The position numbers were made by a program, and so were the translations under genes. Under the pieces are notes generated by a model. That model saw only the letters and a program-made list of their open reading frames with translations. It was not told the origin of the DNA and made no database searches. A DNA stretch of 64,000 nucleotides from a virus (Duplodnaviria; Caudoviricetes): the IMG/VR virus record IMGVR_UViG_3300021167_000258, positions 6,162-70,161 of that record, one strand, 5' to 3'. Positions 1-7,416 of the stretch are shown here, one piece after another (the stretch's first letter is position 1; every line of letters begins with the position of its first letter).

Positions 1-1
1 G

Positions 2-145
2 AGAATACTCCATAAAGACGAGAAACCTCTGCCTCCTAAGCGTAGAGCAAAAACTAACAACGCAACGTGCAAGCGATGTGCTAATATATCTAGGATACCT
101 GAGTGCCAAGAATGTGTGGATTTTGGTAACTTCAAGGCATATTGA
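2..145 (+). CDS. 3' end of a Cys-rich protein (5'-truncated by the window)
   Basis: Frame 2 is open from base 2 to TGA at 143-145: ...ATCKRC...ECQECVDFGNFKAY*, with two CxxC motifs. Confidence 0.5.
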   Translation, partial: RILHKDEKPLPPKRRAKTNNATCKRCANISRIPECQECVDFGNFKAY

Positions 146-208
146 GTAATAAAACAGGGGATGGCGAAAACCTGTAACAGAGTAGCCTATTTATAAATAC
201 ATGAACAA

Positions 209-503
209 ATGAAAACAACTAAGAAAACAGACGATTGGGCAAACTTCGTGTTGCGTAGAATCGAGAACGGCGTTGAAACCGATACCATGCTGGGAGGGTT
301 TCTACTCCTACATTGAGAAAGAGAAAAGCCCTAAAGAGTTCGCAGAAGCGACTAAGGAGTGGCATGAGGGATACGTGGAAGGGTGCTACGCCGTAATTAC
401 GTTCTTTGAGGATGCGATTATGCCTTTATATGAAGGATCGTCCTACTACGTAATGACCGATACGGGTGGAACCGTGGCGAATAGGACCAAGAAAGTGGGG
501 TAA
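209..503 (+). pseudogene. Hypothetical protein split by a +1 frameshift near 299-302
   Basis: ATG209 ORF (MKTTKK...FVLRRIENGVETDTMLGGF) stops at 316. The +1 frame (273..503) continues FYSYIEKEK...YYVMTDTGGTVANRTKKVG and has only a TTG start. Confidence 0.5.
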
Positions 504-749
504 TATCCTAAAAATAGGCTTAGAGTGGGCTAGTTAGTCCAGTGGGGGTGTGGTCGCAAGATTGCACCCCTTTTTCGTGGTTTAAATAGGTGTCCAAAAA
601 TTGGACAGTGTTCCATAATGGTACACATTTTCCTAAAATTTGTGTTTCTATGCGCCAGATACTGTGTCGTGTCGTGTGCCCCTCCCCCCTTCGTAACCGA
701 AACTCGATCCCAAAACTCATCATTGCCCCTAAATTCAATTACTAAATTC

Positions 750-1359
750 CAAACCATTGATTTTTAAACATTTACGCGCGTGTGTTTGCGTGTTTGTGCT
801 GATTATCAATGTATTATCATATGTTATTCTATTTAACATAATACTAATTATGGGACTGATAGAAAAAATGTAAGTATTTATAAATCAATATGTTATGCTG
901 TGTGGTTTGTGTGGGCTGAATCGTGGGCAAATGGGGGAAATAGGGTGATTTATTCTCCTAGTTAGTCACTAGGATATATAGGACAAGTAGGACAGTGGTC
1001 ACATTTCCGCGCATTTGTCATAATATGCCATAATAGACTAACTACAATTTACCCTCATTATTTACCCATAACTTACAATCTGTAACTAAATTGCTCATTT
1101 TACTTCTAAACTGTAAATGTTTTCCCGTGACCACTTCGCATAATTGTAACCAAACCACCCCATTTGCCTTACATATTGTTACAATTGCCCCCACTCAGCC
1201 CAATTAGCCCACATCCTAATCTCTATTTTACCATTTAAACCCTATCAAATTAGTGTTTAAAAAATTATTTTCATTTTTAACTCATTGATTATCAACCAAC
1301 TAAAAAATAATTTCAAAACAGTGTTTTTTATTTGTATCATGTTGATATACAGTTTATTA
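750..1359. repeat. Five 25-bp quasi-palindromes (TAAnnnnTTGATWWTCAAnnnnTTA) containing IHF-like WATCAANNNNTTR sites
   Basis: Copies at 750-774, 792-816, 871-895, 1278-1302 and 1335-1359. Perfect WATCAANNNNTTR at 750-762(-), 804-816(+), 883-895(+) and 1278-1290(-). Confidence 0.6.
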
Positions 1360-1407
1360 TAGTGACAAATTTTTTACTAATGCCTTACAACTCACTAAGT
1401 TAACAAA

Positions 1408-1439
1408 TTTGCATTTAGATAAATCCTGTATTATGTTTG
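1408..1439 (+). promoter_or_regulatory. Bacteroidota housekeeping-sigma promoter (early)
   Basis: TTTG(1408-1411), 20-nt spacer, TATGTTTG(1432-1439); matches the -33/-7 consensus. Confidence 0.8.
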
Positions 1440-1477
1440 CATTGTCAAAACATCACAAACAAACTAATCTTTATACT

Positions 1478-1567
1478 ATGACAACACACGCAGCACAACA
1501 GGCATTTAAGGCAGCAGTTACTTGCACCTTAGTATTGATTACCGTTCTCTTCCTTATTAACCTTTAA
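1478..1567 (+). CDS. 29-aa hydrophobic peptide, first gene after the early promoter
   Basis: MTTHAAQQAFKAAVTCTLVLITVLFLINL*; A/C-rich leader; single hydrophobic segment. Confidence 0.6.
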   Translation: MTTHAAQQAFKAAVTCTLVLITVLFLINL

Positions 1568-1584
1568 TTAACAGTTTTACTCCT

Positions 1585-1850
1585 CATTCCCTTTGATCGG
1601 GGATTGGGGAACACCAGGGCGAAATGCTCTATAGTGCTCGTAAGTCTACCATGCCTTTGGATTGGTAGCAACCTTAAGCAAACGGCGAAGGTGCACGGCT
1701 TGGATTCTTTGACGTATTGGTAAAAATAGGTAAGCTGTTTAACAATGCACCTATATGTAGGAAGTGAAAAGAAATTTCGGTAAGGTGTTAATGCCTTGCC
1801 TAGCCTATAGAGTTTGATCGCTCTATAGGTATCTAAGGCCGGAAAGGCTA
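1585..1850 (+). ncRNA. Candidate structured non-coding RNA or long leader
   Basis: No ORF. Hairpins: AGGGC/GCTCT, CTACCA/TGGTAG, AGGTGCA/TGCACCT, GGTAAGG/CCTTGCC, CCTATAGAG/CTCTATAGG (1804-1829), GCC-GGAAA-GGC. Confidence 0.4.
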
Positions 1851-1883
1851 TTTTGTTAATCGTTTAATTTAATCCTTATTAGT

Positions 1884-2273
1884 ATGTTTACTCAAGTATC
1901 TTTAGATCTTATCCAAGGTGAAAAGATTTATTCTATCCACGTGAAGTTCGACGAATCAGTTGAAGAGATTAGCACAAAGAAAATAGCGGGTTACTTAACT
2001 GCTAGACTATTCACCAAGTTGAATCTATTTACTAAGAAACCTATCAATATTGGTAGAAAGTGTTTAGTAAAGTTAAGCATTGAAGGCAATGACATGTTTG
2101 CGCAATTCATTGACAGTGAGCAAGATAACGAAATTTTCTCAAAGAAAACAGGACATTGGGCAAGTGATGAAAAGGATTTCGCCCAATGGTTACTTGAGAG
2201 GCTTAACGCTGCTGCAATGCCAAACGGCAATACATTTGAAAAGTGTGTTAGCCCTGAGAAAAATGAAAACTAA
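1884..2273 (+). CDS. Hypothetical early protein
   Basis: 129-aa ORF with ATG and AT-rich leader. Confidence 0.7.
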   Translation: MFTQVSLDLIQGEKIYSIHVKFDESVEEISTKKIAGYLTARLFTKLNLFTKKPINIGRKCLVKLSIEGNDMFAQFIDSEQDNEIFSKKTGHWASDEKDFAQWLLERLNAAAMPNGNTFEKCVSPEKNEN

Positions 2274-2484
2274 CCTACCTAATTCTATTACCTCTATTGA
2301 AGAGGCTAAAGAGTTTTTAAAAAATCTTAAGCATAACGGGGAATTATTTCACCCTGAGGACAACGCCCATGAGATAGCTTGGAGTTGTGCCGCCCCGACT
2401 TACGAGGAATGCGAGAAGCTTAATAAGCTCATGGAGGAGATTTATTCCTTTGGGGATGCATGCAAGCTTATTAGCGAAGTTTAG
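2263..2484 (+). CDS. Hypothetical early protein (73 aa; start moved to ATG2263)
   Basis: MKTNLPNSITSIEEAKEFL...FHPEDNAHEI; ATG overlaps the end of the previous gene. Confidence 0.7.
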   Translation: MKTNLPNSITSIEEAKEFLKNLKHNGELFHPEDNAHEIAWSCAAPTYEECEKLNKLMEEIYSFGDACKLISEV

Positions 2485-2532
2485 TATTGTGGGGGCTTGG
2501 TTGTCCCCACAATAGCCAAAAAGCGAAAGGCT
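2485..2532 (+). other. 12-bp hairpin immediately after a stop codon, followed by AGCC...GAAAGGCT
   Basis: TATTGTGGGG(2485-2494)/CCCCACAATA(2505-2514); no U-tract, so more likely a processing or stabilising hairpin than a terminator. Confidence 0.55.
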
Positions 2533-2565
2533 TTAATCTAATTGTTTAACTTAACAACTACGATC

Positions 2566-2691
2566 ATGAGTAATGAGGTCTACAACTCAGAAACTCAAGA
2601 AACGCTATTCTTTGAGGAGGGGACAAAGATAGTAGCAACATGGATCGCGGTAAAGAAAGCAATTGAATGGATTAACAAACAACCTAAATAG
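2566..2691 (+). CDS. Hypothetical 41-aa protein
   Basis: MSNEVYNSETQETLFFEEGTKIVATWIAVKKAIEWINKQPK*; fills the gap between genes. Confidence 0.6.
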   Translation: MSNEVYNSETQETLFFEEGTKIVATWIAVKKAIEWINKQPK

Positions 2692-2699
2692 CTACACCC

Positions 2700-3002
2700 A
2701 TGAAAGGATATATCTTTTATTTAGAATTTCCCACAGCTCAGGCAAAGAGGAAAGCAACACGGAAAAATCTAGTAGGGCACTCAGGTAACTGTATAGCGGT
2801 TACCTCGGATAATAACGAGCGATGGGAACAATACAAAATGAATAGAGGTTATCCAGCTATAGCAGCAGTGCAAGAAATTCCCAATAGTCCATGTTGCTTT
2901 GACTCGGTTAATTCTAATTACCTTAAAGAAAGGTGCAAGCGCATAAGCGAGGCACAGGCTAGAGAAATACACCCTAATTTGTTTTATAGACTAGAAAACT
3001 AA
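2700..3002 (+). CDS. Hypothetical early protein
   Basis: 100-aa ORF ending CKRISEAQAREIHPNLFYRLEN. Confidence 0.75.
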   Translation: MKGYIFYLEFPTAQAKRKATRKNLVGHSGNCIAVTSDNNERWEQYKMNRGYPAIAAVQEIPNSPCCFDSVNSNYLKERCKRISEAQAREIHPNLFYRLEN

Positions 3003-3013
3003 CAACTAAAGTC

Positions 3014-3310
3014 ATGAGAAAGATTACAGAAAAGTCGGTAAGTTGCTTTATGAAAGCTACTAAGTTTAGCGAAGGCAACACAACGGTAGCCGTAACGGAA
3101 GAGGTTGTAACGTTAAACCTACACGGGAATACCGTCGCATATATGTATCAAAACCCACATAGACTAATTGTAACTACGTGCGGATGGAATGGTCCAACTA
3201 CTAGAGAAAGGTTGAATGGCTTACCCGGCGTTAGCACATACCGCCGAAAAGGCCAATTGTATCTAAATGGGGAGAAGTGGGACGGTAGTAAAATTGAAGT
3301 AAAAGATTAA
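3014..3310 (+). CDS. Hypothetical early protein
   Basis: 98-aa ORF, MRKIT...LHGNTVA...GWNGPTTRERLNGL. Confidence 0.75.
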   Translation: MRKITEKSVSCFMKATKFSEGNTTVAVTEEVVTLNLHGNTVAYMYQNPHRLIVTTCGWNGPTTRERLNGLPGVSTYRRKGQLYLNGEKWDGSKIEVKD

Positions 3311-3353
3311 CTGATGATGGCTTTATTAGCCGAAACCCCGCAAGGGGTATTAA
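3307..3353 (+). ncRNA. Type I hammerhead ribozyme
   Basis: Stem I UUAA(3307-10)/UUAA(3350-53); CUGAUGA 3311-17; extra U3318; stem II GGCU/AGCC; GAAA 3332-35; stem III CCCC-GCAA-GGGG plus A-U; GUA cleavage triplet 3347-49. Confidence 0.8.
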
Positions 3354-3368
3354 CCAACAATTAAGAAT

Positions 3369-3506
3369 ATGAAACTAATAGCGCAAAATAAAGGCTTTTG
3401 TATATACTTTAGCCCTGTTACACAAAGCTATTCTGTATATAAAGATGGCAGGTTCTTAATAGGTGACAAATATAAATTTTCTCAAGTATCAATTTATCTA
3501 ACATAA
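3369..3506 (+). CDS. Hypothetical 45-aa protein downstream of the hammerhead
   Basis: MKLIAQNKGFCIYFSPVTQSYSVYKDGRFLIGDKYKFSQVSIYLT*; TAATG coupling to the next gene. Confidence 0.65.
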   Translation: MKLIAQNKGFCIYFSPVTQSYSVYKDGRFLIGDKYKFSQVSIYLT

Positions 3507-3757
3507 TGGCAATGAAAACATTATTCTTAGTAACCGCAGACTCCCAACCAATAGGGGTGGCGGAGCTACCAGCCTATGAGGATGGGCCAGCCTTATCTAA
3601 AAAGGTAACGCAAATACTGGAGAACCACTTCGACGTAGCTGTAGAGATACCCGACCTGGATATGCACGCGCTAAAGATGCAGAACTTCTTTGCGTTTGCG
3701 TTGGAGGTGGATGGGGTTGATACGGTAGTAAAGGTAGAGGAAATTTATTTTGCTTAA
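3506..3757 (+). CDS. Hypothetical protein
   Basis: 83-aa ORF, translationally coupled. Confidence 0.7.
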   Translation: MAMKTLFLVTADSQPIGVAELPAYEDGPALSKKVTQILENHFDVAVEIPDLDMHALKMQNFFAFALEVDGVDTVVKVEEIYFA

Positions 3758-3768
3758 CACGTACGACT

Positions 3769-4359
3769 ATGCAAGAAATTAAGGTAAACGTTTACTCGCT
3801 GAATGAGCTAGACGAAAGGGCTAGGAATAAAGCCCACAATGATTATTTGGAAGGGTTATATATTGATGCTTACGAGTTTGAAAATACTATTGAAGCATTT
3901 GAAAATGTATTCCCTATTAAGCGAGTAGGGGACTTTTTCAACGTGCCAGGGTATATTGAATTGAAGGGGGCTAGGCTTATGGCATACATTTGGAACAACT
4001 ACAAATCTGCTCTATTCAAAGGTAAGTACTACCCGGTTAAGAACAACGAGAAAGTTACCCATCGTAGGGTAAAGGCAAAGCAGTTTAGGAACGGGTGGTT
4101 TAATGCTTACTACTCCGCCATAACCATGGAAAACTCATGCACCCTTACTGGAGTGTGCTACGATAATACCATGCTTCAACCCGTTTACGATGCGTTGGAG
4201 GGGAAGTTCAACGGAACCTTTGATGATATGCTCAGGGCGTGTTACAGAGAAATAGACGCGGCGTGGGAGCAGGAATGTGAGTATAGGCAAAGCTACGCTG
4301 CATTCGAGGAAGACAGTGAGGGTAAATTATTCTTTAAAGATGGGAGAGTATATGAATAA
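3769..4359 (+). CDS. Early phage protein of unknown function
   Basis: 196 aa, VYSLNELDERARNKA...CTLTGVCYD...acidic C-terminus. Confidence 0.75.
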   Translation: MQEIKVNVYSLNELDERARNKAHNDYLEGLYIDAYEFENTIEAFENVFPIKRVGDFFNVPGYIELKGARLMAYIWNNYKSALFKGKYYPVKNNEKVTHRRVKAKQFRNGWFNAYYSAITMENSCTLTGVCYDNTMLQPVYDALEGKFNGTFDDMLRACYREIDAAWEQECEYRQSYAAFEEDSEGKLFFKDGRVYE

Positions 4360-4561
4360 CATAACTATAGCCCAGTTTGATTTTGCTCAGGTAGGATACG
4401 GGCACGTAAGGGTAACCTACACCTCCCCCGTAACGGGGAAGCGATGGGAGAAGGTCACCAACAACATGAAATTGATCGACAACACTAAGAATGCAGACCT
4501 ACCAAAGAGGAAGGACTTGCTTAGGCTAATGAAGGAGGTAAAACATGGAACTATACACTAA
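4352..4561 (+). CDS. Hypothetical protein (start moved to ATG4352)
   Basis: MNNITIAQFDFAQVGYGHVRVTYTSPVTGKRW; overlaps the upstream stop. Confidence 0.7.
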   Translation: MNNITIAQFDFAQVGYGHVRVTYTSPVTGKRWEKVTNNMKLIDNTKNADLPKRKDLLRLMKEVKHGTIH

Positions 4562-4832
4562 GGAACCGGACAAGATTGTTAGGGTTACCATAATTTCAGG
4601 CAAGGCCAGGATAAACTTTGCCTACATTCACGCCACAGCGGATGAGGTTATAGCCAAGGCTAAGACTATCATCAAGGATAATATTGCCGTGGATATATTC
4701 TCCAAGACTAGTAGAATTACAGTGTCTGTTAGGGAGTGCGAAGGAGGTAAGAATGGGAAAACAAAGCAATTTAGTTTCCCTTGCACAGATATAAATAAGG
4801 TTCACAATTTATTGCTAAAAAATTTAAAGTGA
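4545..4832 (+). CDS. Hypothetical protein
   Basis: 95-aa ORF in a tightly packed operon. Confidence 0.7.
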   Translation: MELYTKEPDKIVRVTIISGKARINFAYIHATADEVIAKAKTIIKDNIAVDIFSKTSRITVSVRECEGGKNGKTKQFSFPCTDINKVHNLLLKNLK

Positions 4833-5059
4833 TGGGATATAAAGTAACGTGGGAGATAGACTTCGAGGATGAAGTTAACTCCCCAGAAGAGGCAGCAAAG
4901 CTAGCCCTAGACTACATTGTAAACGGCACCGCTAGGGTGTTCAACGTAGAGACGCTGGATACTGGTGGGAAGAGAATGGTTGTGCCTACGGTGACCATTG
5001 ATGTTGATGCGTTGGAAGAGGAAGAGTGTGAATCTACAGAGGAGGACGTGTCATGTTAG
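4829..5059 (+). CDS. Hypothetical acidic protein
   Basis: 76 aa, GTGA overlap. Confidence 0.65.
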   Translation: MMGYKVTWEIDFEDEVNSPEEAAKLALDYIVNGTARVFNVETLDTGGKRMVVPTVTIDVDALEEEECESTEEDVSC

Positions 5060-5292
5060 TAACGGTAAGACAGAGGGTAATTATTATTGCTGAGTTTCAG
5101 CTAAATGTTCCTACAGGGGTATCCCCAGAATCATTTGTAGAGGATATATTATCAAATGATCCAGCGTGTAACAACCAACCTGAGGAGTTTGATGTAGAAT
5201 ATGATTACAACACAGAGCAAGTAATCAGCACAACCATAGAGGACGAGGATGGAAACGTGCTGGGTAAGTGGGTTGCTAATACCGGAAAGTGA
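5053..5292 (+). CDS. Hypothetical acidic protein
   Basis: 79 aa, overlapping start and stop. Confidence 0.65.
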   Translation: MLVTVRQRVIIIAEFQLNVPTGVSPESFVEDILSNDPACNNQPEEFDVEYDYNTEQVISTTIEDEDGNVLGKWVANTGK

Positions 5293-5570
5293 TGAAAGTA
5301 GTGAGAATGATACAGGTAAACGACGTAGTAGTGGTAATGACTCAGCGTAGCCGTCACCACTACTGCTGCTACTTTAAGGCCGATGCTCTCCCAACTGAGG
5401 ATGAAGCGGTGCAGAAAGTATGCGAGCTCGAAGCTAAGCACGGGCGTAAGGGATTTGATTCTTACATACGCCCAACACCAATGAGTAAGAGGGATGCAGT
5501 GAAGAAGTTCAACAATTTAGTTAAGATAATACCTAACATTGAGTTCTATGACACGCCGACAAAGAGATAG
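5289..5570 (+). CDS. Hypothetical protein
   Basis: 93 aa, GTGA overlap. Confidence 0.65.
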   Translation: MMKVVRMIQVNDVVVVMTQRSRHHYCCYFKADALPTEDEAVQKVCELEAKHGRKGFDSYIRPTPMSKRDAVKKFNNLVKIIPNIEFYDTPTKR

Positions 5571-5787
5571 ACAGCTAGAGTTTTTATCCTTGTGCTTCTC
5601 CCTGACTATGCAAGGGTTTCATTTTACTAAGGACAATAATGGGTTCTTAGAAATGGATTGGGTAGAGGCTAAGAGATTAAATAGCCCATACACCAGATTA
5701 CCTTACGTTAACTACCAAGGTATAGTAAGGGTTAATTCCACTAAAGTTAAGGTATATTTTAAACTTTGGAGCGATGTTACAGGCTGA
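5548..5787 (+). CDS. Hypothetical protein
   Basis: ORF-track 5539..5787; first ATG at 5548. Confidence 0.6.
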   Translation: MTRRQRDRQLEFLSLCFSLTMQGFHFTKDNNGFLEMDWVEAKRLNSPYTRLPYVNYQGIVRVNSTKVKVYFKLWSDVTG

Positions 5788-6097
5788 ATTTTGTGACTTT
5801 GTTGAGGCAATGGGGTTCAGGGGAACCTGTGCTACAACCTTGGAGTCGCTATATGGGGCGGGCGTAATCTGCCACTACCATCAGAACACGGTTGATGTTA
5901 TTCACACCGTTCCGCTTTTATACATGAACGGGGAGCCTAAGCTTGGGTTTGTATCCATTCGACAGGATGTGCTGAGAAGGATAGCCAAGAACTTTGGCGA
6001 AGAAGGGTTACCACACGATTGGCTACCGGCTAGGCTGGAGCAAATAGAGTTGGGAGAAGTTGAATATTCACAAGACGAAATACTGGAGATGTTATGA
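5774..6097 (+). CDS. Hypothetical protein
   Basis: 107 aa, packed operon. Confidence 0.65.
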   Translation: MLQAEFCDFVEAMGFRGTCATTLESLYGAGVICHYHQNTVDVIHTVPLLYMNGEPKLGFVSIRQDVLRRIAKNFGEEGLPHDWLPARLEQIELGEVEYSQDEILEML

Positions 6098-6474
6098 TTA
6101 GCGATTTGAATAGAGCAGATAAGCTAGAGTTCATAAAGAACCTACTGCCTAAAAGAACCTTACAAAAGGCCCATTTAGTATGTTTAACTACTGATAAGGA
6201 TGTAATAGGTAGGATGCTATATGATCTAAGTTGGATGGGAACTGATGCATTTTTGCAGGGATTCCCGGACCATTCGTTAGACATAATGGCTGAGGCATTG
6301 CACGAAATGTATGGAGGTAAATTACCGTCCATTAAAGAGGTAGAAACAAGACTCCAGCAGTGGGAATACCTTCCTACCACTCACCCTGATGTTACTGAGT
6401 GTGGTAGGAATGGGTGGGAGTTGGTGACTATTTACAACGGAACGTTTTACTTCAAACGCCCATGCAATGGCTAA
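6094..6474 (+). CDS. Hypothetical protein
   Basis: 126 aa, ATGA overlap. Confidence 0.65.
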   Translation: MISDLNRADKLEFIKNLLPKRTLQKAHLVCLTTDKDVIGRMLYDLSWMGTDAFLQGFPDHSLDIMAEALHEMYGGKLPSIKEVETRLQQWEYLPTTHPDVTECGRNGWELVTIYNGTFYFKRPCNG

Positions 6475-7186
6475 CTACTTTATATTCGACACCCGTCTAG
6501 GCTACGAGGTAGCTACGGTGGACTGTAAGTTCTTCAAGTATGACTACACAACGTTACTTGAAAGCGGGGACACCCTACCCAAGCAAACCAGAGAGGGGTG
6601 GACCGGCAAAAGAAGGTGGAGAAACTACATGGCTGGGCTGGGTTATGAGGAGGTGGATGTGTTCTCCCTTCCTAAGACGATAAAGGAGCATTTACTCCCT
6701 ATTCTTATTGAGGAGTGCCAGCTACCCAACAGAAAGTTGATGCTGGATAAACTAACGTTTAACGTAAGGGATGAGTATCCTATGATAGAGTTCAACACTG
6801 GTAATAAGTTAGAGGTTAAGCAATGCCTCAACGAATTTCAGTGGGGTATGAGAAAGGGAAACTACTACTTGACTCGGGAGAAGGTGCAGCAAATCATAAC
6901 CCGCGCATTGGAGCCGCTAAAGCGGTATAGGCTGAGGTTGGATATGCTGGATGGGTTAGAGATTACGTATAGGGTGCAGCAACCCGAGAGCAACCATCCC
7001 TTTTACCTTCTCTACACAGAGGTAACGCTGACTTACTACGAAGGTATTAAGTCATGGGCCATAACTAGATTAAGGCATCGAACACAATTCACCGGACCAA
7101 AGGGGGAGTTTGTTACGGCTACGTTTAGAAACCCTAAGAAGATCCCCATTCAAGTTTTGAAAGCATTCACTAAATTAAAGTTATGA
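6467..7186 (+). CDS. Hypothetical protein
   Basis: 239-aa ORF. Confidence 0.7.
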   Translation: MANYFIFDTRLGYEVATVDCKFFKYDYTTLLESGDTLPKQTREGWTGKRRWRNYMAGLGYEEVDVFSLPKTIKEHLLPILIEECQLPNRKLMLDKLTFNVRDEYPMIEFNTGNKLEVKQCLNEFQWGMRKGNYYLTREKVQQIITRALEPLKRYRLRLDMLDGLEITYRVQQPESNHPFYLLYTEVTLTYYEGIKSWAITRLRHRTQFTGPKGEFVTATFRNPKKIPIQVLKAFTKLKL

Positions 7187-7416
7187 AGTGGTCCACACTA
7201 TCGGGGCTGATGGGCATGGCATCGTTATACCCCCTACCAAGGCAGCTGGTCCTAGCCCTAACCGATCACGGTTGGGAGGGGGTGTGCTTGTGCGTTGGCT
7301 TATTTTGTATCTTTGTAGTATTAACTAATTACTTGTATAAGCATGAAAACATTTGTAAAAGGCATGATGGTAAAGGTGGGGCTCAGGGTCCCAACGCTAA
7401 AGATGGTAGCCGTTAA
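7183..7416 (+). CDS. Small putative membrane protein
   Basis: ATGA overlap; hydrophobic VCLCVGLFCIFVVL; overlaps the next gene by 74 nt. Confidence 0.5.
   Translation: MKWSTLSGLMGMASLYPLPRQLVLALTDHGWEGVCLCVGLFCIFVVLTNYLYKHENICKRHDGKGGAQGPNAKDGSR

Noticed and set aside
152-195. Hairpin ACAGG/CCTGT containing GAAA as a second hammerhead or a riboswitch
   Set aside because: There is no CUGANGA core, stem III does not pair, and the possible pseudoknot is only 3-5 bp.
520-757. Minus-strand ORFs 520..738 and 530..757
   Set aside because: They overlap each other, have non-ATG or weak starts and no motifs, and lie in a low-complexity control region.
750-1359. IHF-like sites as attP arms of a temperate phage
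   Set aside because: No integrase or repressor lies in the window, so a packaging or replication role is more parsimonious.
1640-1700. Pistol or twister ribozyme (CCUUAAGC...GGUGCA)
   Set aside because: The required pseudoknot partner and P1-P3 arrangement could not be built.
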